Origin: Ignavibacteriota bacterium
Lineage (GTDB): Bacteria > Bacteroidota > Ignavibacteria > UBA10030
Reading direction: 5' to 3'
DNA length: 64,000 nucleotides
NCBI GenBank assembly: GCA_963727825.1
Contig: CAVSHO010000007.1
Coordinates: 96,001 to 160,000 of the forward strand
The notes under the pieces were generated by a model. The model had not been told where the DNA came from. It did not search any database and was given only the letters and a program-made list of their open reading frames with translations. Positions within the stretch are counted from its first letter, which is position 1. Every line of letters begins with the position of its first letter. A program made the translations under genes and the position numbers. Shown piece by piece: positions 22,493 to 33,106 of this stretch.

Positions 22493-22946
22493 ATTTTGAA
22501 GTGATTTAGAGATATTAAATTTATTAGATATTAAATCTCTAAAGGGAACACGCCCATATCATATGTGTCGTGAAAGCGTCAGTAATGTGATGAGCGTCGA
22601 TCGCCATCCTCAGAGGGAACCCTTCGTTATTCTAACTTGCACCACTTACCTAAAATAAGAAATTTCATATTTTAAGTTCATTTTTTACTTGTTTTATGCT
22701 CATACTGTAGTAAAAGAGTACATGTCCAGCATAATTTCGGTATTCTCAACTTCGTGGTAAGATGAAGAAATACCACATTCTTTTGACTCACAAGATCATA
22801 AAAATTAATAAACGCCCAAACAGATTTTTTATGCAAGTTGCGTTACGCGCAATTCGTAACGGCAATACATCACATTGTTGCAAAGCAGAACTAATTATCT
22901 AATTGTCTTGTTTCCATATTACAAACAGTTTAAGGAGGAACAAGAT

Positions 22947-23393
22947 ATGAGCAGTAACACAGTAACACTTCATAGGGTTATCAAGAACACACCAGAGAAA
23001 GTATATCGCGCCTTTCTGGATGCCGGTGCTTTGTGTAAATGGCTTCCGCCGCATGGATTCACCGGTAGAGTGCACAACCTCGATGCCATTGTCGGAGGTT
23101 CCTATAAAATGTCATTTACAAATTTCGGCACTGGCCACAGCCATTCGTTTGGTGGTAAATACCTCGAACTCGTACCGAACGAGCGCATCGTGCACACTGA
23201 TGTGTTTGATGATCCGAATATGCCTGGGACGATGAAGACCATAGTCATACTTAAGAAAGTCTCTGTTGGCACCGAATTAAGTATTACTCAGGAAGGGATT
23301 CCCGATCCTATTCCTGTGGAAGCATGCTATTTAGGTTGGCAGGAATCGTTGATGTTGCTTACTCAGTTGGTCGAACCAGACATCCCAGATTGA
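22947..23393 (+). CDS. SRPBCC/AHSA1 (START-like) domain protein
   Basis: RBS AAGGAGG then ATG; TLHRVI..PEKVYRAFLD, WLPPHGF, YLELVPNERI, CYLGWQESL. Confidence 0.85.
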   Translation: MSSNTVTLHRVIKNTPEKVYRAFLDAGALCKWLPPHGFTGRVHNLDAIVGGSYKMSFTNFGTGHSHSFGGKYLELVPNERIVHTDVFDDPNMPGTMKTIVILKKVSVGTELSITQEGIPDPIPVEACYLGWQESLMLLTQLVEPDIPD

Positions 23394-23510
23394 TAGGCCT
23401 ACAAATAAGGTAGAGGTTCTTCTTTGATAAGTGTTTATAATAAAGAGAAAGAAAATGTTTCGTTATAGACGGAAGATCTTATTAAATCAAATCCTTGAAG
23501 GAGGTAATCT

Positions 23511-23873
23511 GTGAATATTCTCTTGTGGGTTCTTCAAATCCTTCTCGCTCTGCATACCATCATGGGCGCGGTATGGAAGTTTTCAAATTCAGAGCAAATC
23601 GTGCCTTCCCTGAAAGCAATTCCCCACGAAGTCTGGCTGGCGTTGATCGTCATTGAACTGCTTTGTAGCCTGGGCCTGATCCTTCCGGCATTGAATAAAC
23701 ACCTGGCCATCCTGGCTCCTATCGCGGCGATCTGCATATCCGCGGAAATGCTGCTCTTCTCCGGATTGACTATCTTTTCCGGAGACGTGAATTACAGCCA
23801 AATAATTTATTGGCTTGTCGTGGCTGTCATAAGCGCGTTTATTGCCTATGGTAGGTTTGTATTAAAGCCATAA
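23511..23873 (+). CDS. DoxX-family membrane protein
   Basis: RBS GGAGG; MNILLWVLQILLA..GAVWK, ELL..LGLILP, FIAYGR. Confidence 0.8.
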   Translation: MNILLWVLQILLALHTIMGAVWKFSNSEQIVPSLKAIPHEVWLALIVIELLCSLGLILPALNKHLAILAPIAAICISAEMLLFSGLTIFSGDVNYSQIIYWLVVAVISAFIAYGRFVLKP

Positions 23874-24261
23874 AAAAAATACTGCCAACAATGGTTCTAA
23901 ATTAAAAAGGAATTTGACAAAACAAAAATTCTTGAGCAGATGAAAGCTACCGGAGTTATTCCCGACGATATCAACATCATTTATGGAACACACCTTATCA
24001 TTGAAATTGCATATGCCAGCAATTGCAGTTCCAAATTTAATCCTTCATCATCATCCACGAATATCCACTAAATTAGGATGTTATATATTGTATCCTAGTT
24101 TAATTGACTCTACCAAGAATATCGCGAAGGCTGTTTCTATACAAGACTAAATATTTATCAGCAAATTCTTTTGAAATAACTTATCTTAAACTAGCCTTTC
24201 GTTTGAATAAATAGCTTCTAAGTATTTTGGAATGGACGTTTTAATGTAAAGAACCAGTACT

Positions 24262-25677
24262 ATGCAAAGGCAGAGTCATAACATTTTACAATACTCATTT
24301 TTGAAGTTGAATGCATTTTATGATGAGGAGCATGGATATGCACTACCCTCAATTCTTTTCCTCATAACAATACTTTCAGTTGTTATTCTTTCTATCCTCG
24401 CATTACAGTATTTTCAGTGGCAGAATATCCAAACAAACATAGCAAAAATAAAAGCGGATTATTCTGCACAAAGCGAAATATCAAAAATATTTTCAGAACT
24501 GAAATCAAGATCTGATTTGCCGATGATTGGACAGACAATTGGGCGAAGTTATGACTTATCTGACGGTGAGAAGGCGAGTGTAACTGTTGAATGGTGGGGT
24601 TTCTATTTATTTGTGCATTCCATTGGATCATTCAGAAAGATTAATGAAACACGTTATGCACTCGTGGGCCAAAAACCGATAGAACGATTTAAGAACGCTT
24701 TGGTATTTTCCAATAAGAGCCATCAATTAGTACTAACAGGATCGACGCACATCAAAGGAGATGTTCTGACGGGACCTGCAGGTGTTTCGATTGGAACGCT
24801 TGCAAATTATCCAACTCCACGAATAATTCCAATTGATGGGAAGATAAAACGTGACCCGAAAATAGATGTACAAGATTTCGATATTACAAAACAATACAAT
24901 TATTTTGACGCGTTATTGAAAGGTACGCTTCCGCAAGGTGCTGAGCAATGCAGCATTCAGTATTTCCAATCGGAATCGCAGCTTCATATTTCAAGTGGAA
25001 TCATCAAACCAGAAACAAGATATATGTTTGTAAAAGGAAACGCTATCATAGACAGCGCATTGATTCGTCGCGAAGTCCCTCTCAACATTATCATTGACGG
25101 GGAAGTAATGTTTGGTGCAGATGTCCATATTGATGGATTAGTGTGTATTGTGTCTTCTAAAAGTGTGAGAATCAAAAACATTGCACATATCAACGGGTCT
25201 ATATTGTACAGCCGCAAGGAAATTACTGTCGAGCCTGATGTGATTCTTACAGCGCAGATCATTGCACCATCAATTCAGATTGAAGAAGGGGCAAAGATGT
25301 CATATCCTTCCACTTTGATTTCGTATGTAAAAAAAGATAATAATGAGCCACAAAAAGGAATCCAGATGAAGAATGGTGCACAAGTCGAAGGTACCGTAGT
25401 CGTTTATGCAGAAAACAACACGCAGAACAATGTATTTTTAAGTATTGAATCAGCGGCAAAAATATCCGGATTTATTATCTCGAATACACCAATTACACTT
25501 GATGGTTCGGTCGATGGATGTGTGCAGACAAAAGATTTTTATTTCTATCAATCACCTACGACGTATTTAGGTTGGTTGAGGAGCGCGCGGATTGACAGAG
25601 AAGCATTGCCAAAGAGTGCATTAATGACTATCGGAATAGATAGTTTATCGCAGTTACAAGTCTTAGATTGGCTTTAA
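24262..25677 (+). CDS. GspK/PilX-like large minor pseudopilin with beta-helical C-terminal region
   Basis: Class III signal GYALPSILFL (no E5, as in GspK/PilX); repeated I.G.V/L hexapeptide-like motifs; first gene of the cluster. Confidence 0.6.
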   Translation: MQRQSHNILQYSFLKLNAFYDEEHGYALPSILFLITILSVVILSILALQYFQWQNIQTNIAKIKADYSAQSEISKIFSELKSRSDLPMIGQTIGRSYDLSDGEKASVTVEWWGFYLFVHSIGSFRKINETRYALVGQKPIERFKNALVFSNKSHQLVLTGSTHIKGDVLTGPAGVSIGTLANYPTPRIIPIDGKIKRDPKIDVQDFDITKQYNYFDALLKGTLPQGAEQCSIQYFQSESQLHISSGIIKPETRYMFVKGNAIIDSALIRREVPLNIIIDGEVMFGADVHIDGLVCIVSSKSVRIKNIAHINGSILYSRKEITVEPDVILTAQIIAPSIQIEEGAKMSYPSTLISYVKKDNNEPQKGIQMKNGAQVEGTVVVYAENNTQNNVFLSIESAAKISGFIISNTPITLDGSVDGCVQTKDFYFYQSPTTYLGWLRSARIDREALPKSALMTIGIDSLSQLQVLDWL

Positions 25678-25846
25678 ATAATGAAACTGCTAAGCGTTTT
25701 TAGAAAAAGAGGAAATATTCCCTCTCCTTTAGGAGAGGGTTACTTGTCCGCCGGTTTTTGGGCGGAGGGTGAGGTTAAAAAAACGCACGATAATTTTACT
25801 AAATGGCAGTGATTTTGTTTATAGAAAATTTTAAGACTGCATATAT

Positions 25847-26200
25847 ATGAAATCTGGATTTAATATAGGAACCGAACGTGGGTATACACTAATAGAGACC
25901 GTCATTGCTATGGCTCTTTTTCTAAGCGTTCTTATTCCGCTGATCGGAACCATGGGAACAATGATGTTTGACAGGAAAGCTATGACGGCAACTAAAGCGC
26001 TTATGTTGGCTCAATCGGAAATGAGTACTACTATTGCCCATCAGGATTATATCGATGCGATCAAAACATCTGAGCCCGGATTTATTTTTACAAAAAATAT
26101 TGAACGGTACAATTCGCTGATAGAAATCAGAGTGGCTGTAAAATTATCCTCCGATCAATCAAAAGAACTTATTGTATTGAAGAAAATTATCTATGAATGA
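25847..26200 (+). CDS. Minor pseudopilin (GspI/PilV-like)
   Basis: RGYTLIETVIAMALF prepilin motif. Confidence 0.75.
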   Translation: MKSGFNIGTERGYTLIETVIAMALFLSVLIPLIGTMGTMMFDRKAMTATKALMLAQSEMSTTIAHQDYIDAIKTSEPGFIFTKNIERYNSLIEIRVAVKLSSDQSKELIVLKKIIYE

Positions 26201-26217
26201 TATGAATAAATATTATT

Positions 26218-26304
26218 TGTCATGCCCGCCGATTTTAGGCGGGCATCCAGTGCCTGGACTCCCGATAGTCCCGATTGAAGACATCAATCGGGACGGGAAT
26301 GATA
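26218..26304. repeat. REPIN-like element (GTCAT(G/T)CCCG family) with nested palindrome
   Basis: TGTCATGCCCGCC..GGCGGGCATCCAG..TGGACTCCCGATA[GTCCCGATTGA..TCAATCGGGAC]GGGAATGATA; related to 29500-29578. Confidence 0.65.
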
Positions 26305-26324
26305 TTTTAAGACAGGTTCTATAG

Positions 26325-26846
26325 TTGTCTATGAAATTTTTTACTGTCATAAAACGAGAAGATGGCTTTACAATACAAGAAATTCTTGTCGTTCTTATTG
26401 TGGGATCGATTCTTATAGGATTAAGTTTCTCGTTGTTTTTGTTCACTAATAAACTTTTCCAAACATGGTCAGGCACAAATGACTTGAAAAACGAGACGAA
26501 TCGAATTCTCTATCAGATGGCATTTGATATTCAACAATCGAGAGAAATAGCCGAACATACAGACACGAGCTTTGTGCTATCGAGAAGCGTAGGCAGAGTT
26601 GTTCGATATAGTTATAACGGTAAAACTTTAAGGCGAAACGATGTCGAGTTAACTCCACGGAAAGCAGCGCTATTAAGAGTAAAGGTGGTAGAAGAACATA
26701 CATTCGGTGGAAGTTTAGATAACTCACTTCTTTTTCATATTACAGTACTCGTTCAATCGGTAGCATTAGATTACGCGGCAGAGATAGACGCAACGCCCGC
26801 GCCAAGTTCGCGTTCGTTATTCGTACGAACCTTAAATCATCAATGA
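26325..26846 (+). CDS. Minor pseudopilin (GspJ/PilW-like)
   Basis: DGFTIQEILVVLIV prepilin motif. Confidence 0.75.
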   Translation: MSMKFFTVIKREDGFTIQEILVVLIVGSILIGLSFSLFLFTNKLFQTWSGTNDLKNETNRILYQMAFDIQQSREIAEHTDTSFVLSRSVGRVVRYSYNGKTLRRNDVELTPRKAALLRVKVVEEHTFGGSLDNSLLFHITVLVQSVALDYAAEIDATPAPSSRSLFVRTLNHQ

Positions 26847-26859
26847 AAAACGTCATACT

Positions 26860-27972
26860 ATGAAACAATCAGCGGCCAATAACAAAGAAGAAGGATTGTT
26901 TAATACGATACATCGAATTCGAGGGCGTAAGCGCGTTACGGAAAAGGAAAAGTCGGAATTCTCGACACAACTTGCAGTGATGCTGCAGGCAGGCGTTTCG
27001 CTGCATCGATCGCTCGACGTGCTTGCACGACAGACAAAGAGCGAGAGATTAAAAGAGGTTATATCAAATCTTTCCAATGAGATTAGAAAGGGGAATTCGT
27101 TTGCTCGCGCGCTTGCAGCGCAGCAAGATGTCTTTGATAGTCTTTTTGTGGTAACGGTAGAGGTTGGGGAGGAGAGCGGCAGATTGCCTGAAGTATTGGC
27201 GCAATTAGCAACTCACCTTGAAAAAATGAACGCGCTCAAACGCAAATTTCGACAAGCTCTTACTTATCCTGCGCTAGTACTTTCTGTTTCCATCTGTGCA
27301 GTTTCGTTCTTACTGGTATTCATAGTACCAGCATTTGCTGAGATGTTTAAAAGTTTTCAGATCGAGTTGCCCTATTCAACGAAAATCGTTCTTTCATTAA
27401 GCGAATATTTTATCAAGTATGGACTGTACATCATACTTTTAATAATTCTGGCGATAGCGGTCTTGAGAAGAGCAATCCTTAGTCCGAAGACAAGGCAAAA
27501 AGCTGAACAATGGATTCTTAAAATTCCGATTGCGGGTGAGGTAGTATTAAAAAATTATGTTGCACGATTTTGCCGTACGCTTGGCACATTGCTTCATGCA
27601 CAGGTGTCTCTTGTGGACGCGTTAGGCGTTACACAAAGAATATTTACGAATGATAATGTGCGAGAGGAAATTGATTCTCTATTGAAGCATGTAAAACAAG
27701 GACGAACCGTTGCCGAGCCGTTGGTGGAATCAAAGCTTTTTCCGCCCATGGTAGCGCAAATGATCGCAGTAGGAGAGGAAACAAGCGAGCTTGACACAAT
27801 GTTGCTCAAAGTTGCAGATTATTATGAGAAGGAATTGGATGCAAAAGTTGAAACTCTTTCTTCCGTCATTGAGCCTGTGATTATTTTACTACTGGGAATC
27901 CTTGTAGCGTTGATCCTGATATCAATGTATCTGCCGATGTTCGATCTGGTCAACGTAGTTGGAGGTGGATAA
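26860..27972 (+). CDS. Type II secretion/T4P platform protein (GspF/PilC)
   Basis: QLAVMLQAGV, GEESGRL, ALTYP, RFCRTLGTLL, GEETSELD, EPVII, MYLPMF. Confidence 0.92.
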   Translation: MKQSAANNKEEGLFNTIHRIRGRKRVTEKEKSEFSTQLAVMLQAGVSLHRSLDVLARQTKSERLKEVISNLSNEIRKGNSFARALAAQQDVFDSLFVVTVEVGEESGRLPEVLAQLATHLEKMNALKRKFRQALTYPALVLSVSICAVSFLLVFIVPAFAEMFKSFQIELPYSTKIVLSLSEYFIKYGLYIILLIILAIAVLRRAILSPKTRQKAEQWILKIPIAGEVVLKNYVARFCRTLGTLLHAQVSLVDALGVTQRIFTNDNVREEIDSLLKHVKQGRTVAEPLVESKLFPPMVAQMIAVGEETSELDTMLLKVADYYEKELDAKVETLSSVIEPVIILLLGILVALILISMYLPMFDLVNVVGGG

Positions 27973-27979
27973 AAAAGGG

Positions 27980-28134
27980 GTAGAGTTCATCTCTCAGATG
28001 GACGATTTAATGCACCGACAAAATAAATATTCGACGAAGCGTCAGACTCTATAACTCGGTGTAGAGTCCCCGCCAATGCTTCGACTTCGTTCAGCATTAC
28101 AGCGAGTAAGCCGCCAGAGGGCATGGCGGGTAAG
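27980..28134. repeat. Nested REP cluster
   Basis: GTAGAGT..ACTCTAT inverted ends (27980-28052), a second GTAGAGT at 28061, then two tandem CCGCC..G(C/G)G(A/G)GTAAG micro-elements. Confidence 0.5.
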
Positions 28135-28237
28135 TAAGATGGAGTGTCGAAGTAAAATTCCTGCATAAGATATTCAGAATGAAGATCAAACTCTCAATAT
28201 TGAATTCCAATTTCAGCTTTCGTATCTTTATACCAAC

Positions 28238-28537
28238 ATGCAATTGAACAATATTTCATATAATCAAATTGAACCAATTTGCCGAAAATATTATATCCGA
28301 AAACTTGCGGTCTTTGGCTCGATGTTGAATGATACTGCTCGTCAAGACAGCGATCTCGATCTCTTAGTAGAATTTCTTCCTGATCATACTCCTGGTCTAG
28401 CATTCATTGCTATACAAGATGAATTGGCGAAATTATTCCAGCGAGCTGTAGATTTGCATACATCGGAAAGCCTGAGCCGTTATTTCAGGCACAGTGTCCT
28501 TCAAGAAGCGGCAACGCTCTATGGACATAACCAATAA
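28238..28537 (+). CDS. Minimal nucleotidyltransferase (MNT antitoxin)
   Basis: IRKLAVFGS, SDLDLLVEF, VDL. Confidence 0.85.
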   Translation: MQLNNISYNQIEPICRKYYIRKLAVFGSMLNDTARQDSDLDLLVEFLPDHTPGLAFIAIQDELAKLFQRAVDLHTSESLSRYFRHSVLQEAATLYGHNQ

Positions 28538-28725
28538 ACATCCAACAATCCCTTGGCAATGAAATAATCGGAACGAGAAACCGTCTCATTCATGGGTATG
28601 ATGATGTGAATCTTGATATCCTTTGGCAGATCGTTAGTGTGGATTTATTACCTCTTCCTTCTATCCTCCTTAATGTGCTTCAGCAGGTAGAAAAAACAGA
28701 ACAACAACGCCTATTTCCGCATTAA
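28521..28725 (+). pseudogene. Truncated, frameshifted HEPN (DUF86-like) toxin
   Basis: KHPTIPW / NEIIGTRNRLIHGYDDVNLDILWQIV with the Rx4H motif; N-terminal half absent. Confidence 0.75.
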
Positions 28726-28869
28726 AGAATTTTTATTCTTTTCTTTCACTAAAGTTGCGGTTATAGCTCTCTCCTAAATGAAGAATGTACGTGTAGCGTA
28801 TTCAGATAAGCATTTCATAGTTGGACGATTGATACGTATCGTTATAAGTCCGGCGAATCGCCGAACCCC

Positions 28870-28949
28870 GTTGTGAGGGAGATGCTCTCCCGAACCGAAA
28901 GGAAGTACACTGTACCAAACAAGGTCGGAAGTTGGAACTCCCTCCCAAC
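28870..28949. repeat. REPIN of the RAYT-2 family
   Basis: GTTGTGAGGGAGATGCTCTCCCGAAC ... GGTCGGAAGTTGGAACTCCCTCCCAAC, matching 46446-46525. Confidence 0.75.
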
Positions 28950-29069
28950 ACAGGGTCATTTTATTTTTCCCGCACACTGGACTTTTATCAGACGAGTCTG
29001 CATATTTAGAAAAGATTCGTCATCATCCTTCCGAAAAAAGAAAACAAGATATTTTCCAAAAGAGGTATT

Positions 29070-29483
29070 ATGAAAAAGCATCGTACTCATTTCAATAATC
29101 GGGGTTTCTCTCTCACAGAACTCATGGTCGTTCTCGTCATCATCGGTGTGCTGGTATTGCTGGCTTTGCCGAAATTGCTGCCGCTGGTTACGAAGGCAAA
29201 AACAACCGAAGCAAAGTTAATGCTGAAACAAGTAATCACATTGGAACAAAGTTATAAATTTGAGAATGATCGCTACTCAGCTTCTTTGTCTGATATCGGT
29301 TTTGAACAAACGAAATTAATCAGCGAAGGCGGGCAGGCTCGTTACAAGATCGAAATCGTCTCGGCAGATGAGAAGAGCTTTGTTGCCATTGCGACTTCGA
29401 CTGTCGATTTCAATAATAATGGCGTATTCAATGTATGGGAGGCAGATCAGACAGGTGCTATTAGAGAAAAAGTGCTGGACTAA
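29070..29483 (+). CDS. Major (pseudo)pilin, GspG/PilA-like
   Basis: RGFSLTELMVVLVIIGVL..LALP, KAKTTEAK. Confidence 0.88.
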   Translation: MKKHRTHFNNRGFSLTELMVVLVIIGVLVLLALPKLLPLVTKAKTTEAKLMLKQVITLEQSYKFENDRYSASLSDIGFEQTKLISEGGQARYKIEIVSADEKSFVAIATSTVDFNNNGVFNVWEADQTGAIREKVLD

Positions 29484-29499
29484 AAATGACCCATCCTAG

Positions 29500-29578
29500 T
29501 TGTCATTCCCGCGAAAGCGGAAATCCAGACTTGCGGTTTGTAGAATAGACTCCCGATAGAAACATTCGGGAGTGACAA
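29500..29578. repeat. REPIN-like element GTCATTCCCGCGAAAGCGG..
   Basis: TTGTCATTCCCG..CGGAAATCCAG..ACTCCCGA..TCGGGAGTGACAA inverted ends. Confidence 0.7.
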
Positions 29579-29639
29579 AGTATTTTTTAAGATGGCTACT
29601 TGCAGCTAACAACTCAACAATCATCATTGATGTTTATCC

Positions 29640-30431
29640 ATGTTCGAATTAACTATCATCATATCATTGCTTGGCTTATCACTTGGAAGTTTCATCAATG
29701 TTTGTGCGTATCGTATACCACGTGGTATTTCAGTGTTCTTGCCACGATCTTTTTGTCCTACTTGTAATCATTCACTGATGTGGTACGAACTTATTCCTGT
29801 TGCTGGTTATGCGCTTGATCATGGCCGCTGCCGGTACTGTAAAGAACATATATCTGCCTCTTATCCGATCATCGAAATAATAAGCACTGGAATTATTGTT
29901 GCCTTGCTATTGAAATATAGCCTGACACTCGAGTTTGCCCTCTCATCGATCTTCTGCCTGCTGATGCTTCTTATCGCAATTATCGATTGGAAGCATCTCG
30001 TCATTCCAAATCAGATCGTAATCGTTGGATTTATCTTGGGTTTGGCGATAAAAGCACTTGTAAACAGTACTATACTTGTGAATGCAATAATTTCATCGAT
30101 AGGATCGTTAATTATGGTTGCGATCATCCTCCTTCTCTCAAATCGTTTCTTCAAGAAAAAAACAATGGGATGGGGAGATGTAAAATTAGCGGCCGTTATC
30201 GGACTTTTTCTTGGCTTTCAAAATTTTCTTATTGTCTTATGGCTTGCCGCAATTATAGGCACATTCTATGGGACTTTTATTGTCCTGAAAAATAATCATA
30301 AATCGCAAATCGACAATCGACAATTGAAAATTCCTTTCGGTTCCTTTCTTGCAATTACAGCTTGTGTTGTTCTTTATTTTCAAGATACAATTTCGGAGTT
30401 AATACAGTCATGGTTGACTTACGCACAATAG
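29640..30431 (+). CDS. pilD: Prepilin peptidase (A24, PilD/GspO-like)
   Basis: GSFINV..RIP, RSFCPTC, CRYC, IID, MGWGDVKL, IPFGSFL. Confidence 0.9.
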   Translation: MFELTIIISLLGLSLGSFINVCAYRIPRGISVFLPRSFCPTCNHSLMWYELIPVAGYALDHGRCRYCKEHISASYPIIEIISTGIIVALLLKYSLTLEFALSSIFCLLMLLIAIIDWKHLVIPNQIVIVGFILGLAIKALVNSTILVNAIISSIGSLIMVAIILLLSNRFFKKKTMGWGDVKLAAVIGLFLGFQNFLIVLWLAAIIGTFYGTFIVLKNNHKSQIDNRQLKIPFGSFLAITACVVLYFQDTISELIQSWLTYAQ

Positions 30432-31895
30432 AAGTTCCAACTGAAGTACTTAACCTCATTCCAAAACAAACTGCTATCGATTTATCAGTGCTTCCATTGC
30501 ACGTGGAAACAGACGGGGTTGTCATCGCTATGACGGAAGAGACAGTTTCCGCGGTACTAGCGGACTTGATGTTTCTTCTGGGCAAGAAGGTAAAGCCCGA
30601 GATTGTTCCTGAGGCTGAACTCACCGATGCCATTCGTCGCCTTTATGGAGTTTCGGAATTTGAAATGTCTCGATCCGCAGCAAGTGATTCGCACGTTATT
30701 TCTTTTCATGATGAAGAACGGATAGAAGAACTTTCGTCCGATGGATCTGTTGTCGATCTTGCAAATCGTATTATATCAGATGCTGTCAGGATGGGAGCAA
30801 GCGATATTCACGTTGAGTCGTACGAACGGAAGTTTCGTATTCGATACCGCATCGATGGAATTCTGCACGAAATTCTTCATCCATCAATGGATAAATCGAG
30901 GCCGCTTGTTTCCCGCTTAAAAATCATGGCTGACCTTGATATTGCTGAGAGGCGGCGCCCACAGGATGGACGTATTCGCGTGAAAGAGGGAGATCGCGTT
31001 ATCGACATTCGCGTGTCCACGCTTCCGACAGATTTTGGAGAAAAAGTTGTACTTCGCATTCTTGATAAATCACAGCTTCAACTCGACTTGGGAAAATTAG
31101 GATTCGAACAGCGAGATTTAGATATGTTTAAAAAAAATGTGCATCTGCCATATGGGATGGTTCTTGTGACCGGTCCTACAGGAAGCGGCAAAACCACTAC
31201 GCTTTATGCCGCACTTAATTATATCAATCGTCCAGAAACAAACATTACTACTATTGAAGATCCGATCGAGTAACAATCTTGCCGGTATCAATCAGACACA
31301 TGTGCGAGCAGACATTGGGCTAACATTTGCCACGGCGCTGCGTTCGATTCTTCGGCAGGATCCGAATGTCATTATGGTCGGCGAAATTCGCGATGGTGAT
31401 ACAGCGGAAATCGCAATACGCGCTGCACTTACAGGTCATCTTGTGTTTTCTACGCTGCACACGAATGACGCGCCTTCTGCTATTACACGTCTCATCGATA
31501 TGGGCGTTGAGCCGTTCCTTGTTGCATCGTCTGTGAAGATGATTCTTGCACAACGGTTGCTTAGAAAACTTTGTCCGAAGTGCCGGGAACTTGTTAAACC
31601 TACTCCAGAGCAATTATCGGAATTGGGATTGGAGAATAAAGAAAAACACGATTTTTATATTCCTAAAGGATGTCCATCTTGCAATCGCTTTGGATACAAA
31701 GGGCGGACAGCTGTGTATGAAGTATTGCCGATTATTAATGGATTGAACGAAATGATTGCGCGCAATGTCACGGCAAACGAACTACGCCAACAAGCACAAA
31801 CCGAGGGACTTTTAAGCTTACGCCAAGCTGCAGTGGAAAAAGCGGAACGCGGTGAAACATCATTGGAAGAAGTGATACGGGAAACCGCAGGTTAA
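30410..31895 (+). CDS. GspE/PilB assembly ATPase, split by a +1 frameshift near 31272
   Basis: [31 protein letters not shown]-(Y)NLAGINQ, LRQDP, GEIRD, STLHTND, CPKC/CPSC. Confidence 0.9.
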
Positions 31896-32203
31896 AAATG
31901 TAGGGATTTGATTTTTTACCCGCCTTCTTGTTGGGCGGGATCAAATCCCTCTTAGAGGCGGTTGCGAGGAATACTACCAATACATTTATCGTCGATTATC
32001 ACGATGTGATGGCTTCGCTAAAAATTAACATCCATTTTTTAACCAAAGCCCAATGGATTTTGGAAATAGAATAACTGTCTGATTTATCAGAGGGCGGAGA
32101 ATCCATCGGCATCCATTGAAATGGATGCCTCATTATTCAACGAAACCCAAAGGGTTTGAGAATTATAGCAGTCCGATTCATCGGACGATAGGGAAAGACA
32201 ACT

Positions 32204-32641
32204 ATGCAAGTACGCCAAGGTACATTTAACAAATTGTTTTATCATTTTATTTGGACCACGAAAGATCGATCTCCAATTATTGACATCAAAATTGAAAGTG
32301 AGATCAGAAAAGCGTTATTTTCGAAAGCAAATAAACTACGTATTGATATTCTTGAAACCAATGGAATGGAAGACCATATTCACATGCTGATTCAATCAAT
32401 CCCCTCACTTGCACCTTCAGATATTGTGAAACATTTTAAAGGATCATCTTCTCATTTTGTGAATCATATAACACTCAGGGACGATAAGACAAGAACACTT
32501 TATTGGCAAGATGGATATGGAATTGTTACCGTAAGTCCAGGTGCTGTAGAAAGTGTAAAGAAATATATTCGAAATCAGAAAGAACATCATTCAAAGAATG
32601 ACCTCAATAATGAATTAGAAAATTGCATATATCAAACTTAA
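32204..32641 (+). mobile_element. tnpA: IS200/IS605-family TnpA (HUH Y1) transposase, no tnpB
   Basis: LFYHFIWTTKDR, EDHIHML, KGSSS, WQDGY, YIRNQKEHH; palindrome GTCCGATTCATCGGAC upstream. Confidence 0.88.
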
Positions 32642-32841
32642 GGTTGCATGTAGTTTGTCTTTAATTATTATAGCATAATGGCTCTGCTAAAATCAAGGCT
32701 TCAAAGAAATACAAAACCCGATAAAGAACTTCGAAAAACCAGCATCATGTGAAACATGGTGTAGTGACCGATAAATATTAACTTCCTGTCCTTTACTTTC
32801 ATAAATCATTAACTCAAACATTCATAATTTATATTTTTTAG

Positions 32842-32870
32842 TTGACAGAAAGAAAAAGAATTCGTACAGT
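32842..32870 (+). promoter_or_regulatory. sigma70-like promoter upstream of the teneurin-like gene
   Basis: TTGACA-17bp-TACAGT. Confidence 0.5.
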
Positions 32871-33106
32871 TGTATAAGGGTAAAGCAACTGTTTCTTTTT
32901 TCCATCGCTAATTTTAAAATCGATTTAACACAGTTATGTCTTCAAGTGTGCTTCTCAGGGAGGTCATATTGTATTATCCATTCAATAAGCCGATAAGTCT
33001 TGAAGCCAATGTGTTGATATGCAAATAAGCTAGGACTTGTAAATAATCTCATACGACTGACGAATATTAATTTCTTCACTATCAATAAATCATCGGGGGG
33101 GGATTT

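Noticed and set aside
22348-22700. att duplication of tRNA-Gly 3' end or tRNA-Cys 5' end bounding the 29-kb block
   Set aside because: No convincing copy by eye at either end; only a 9-nt inverted match near 51378
28774-29073. Short ORFs upstream of the major pilin (also 26213-26476, 44468-44740)
   Set aside because: They run through REP palindromes or antisense to real genes, with no coding signature
31262-31280. Stop-codon readthrough or programmed frameshift in the ATPase
   Set aside because: No slippery motif; deleting one A restores the conserved EDPIEY, consistent with the other scattered indels
32204-33100. TnpB/IscB RNA-guided nuclease next to tnpA
   Set aside because: No ORF of suitable size or RuvC/zinc-finger motif between tnpA and the giant gene
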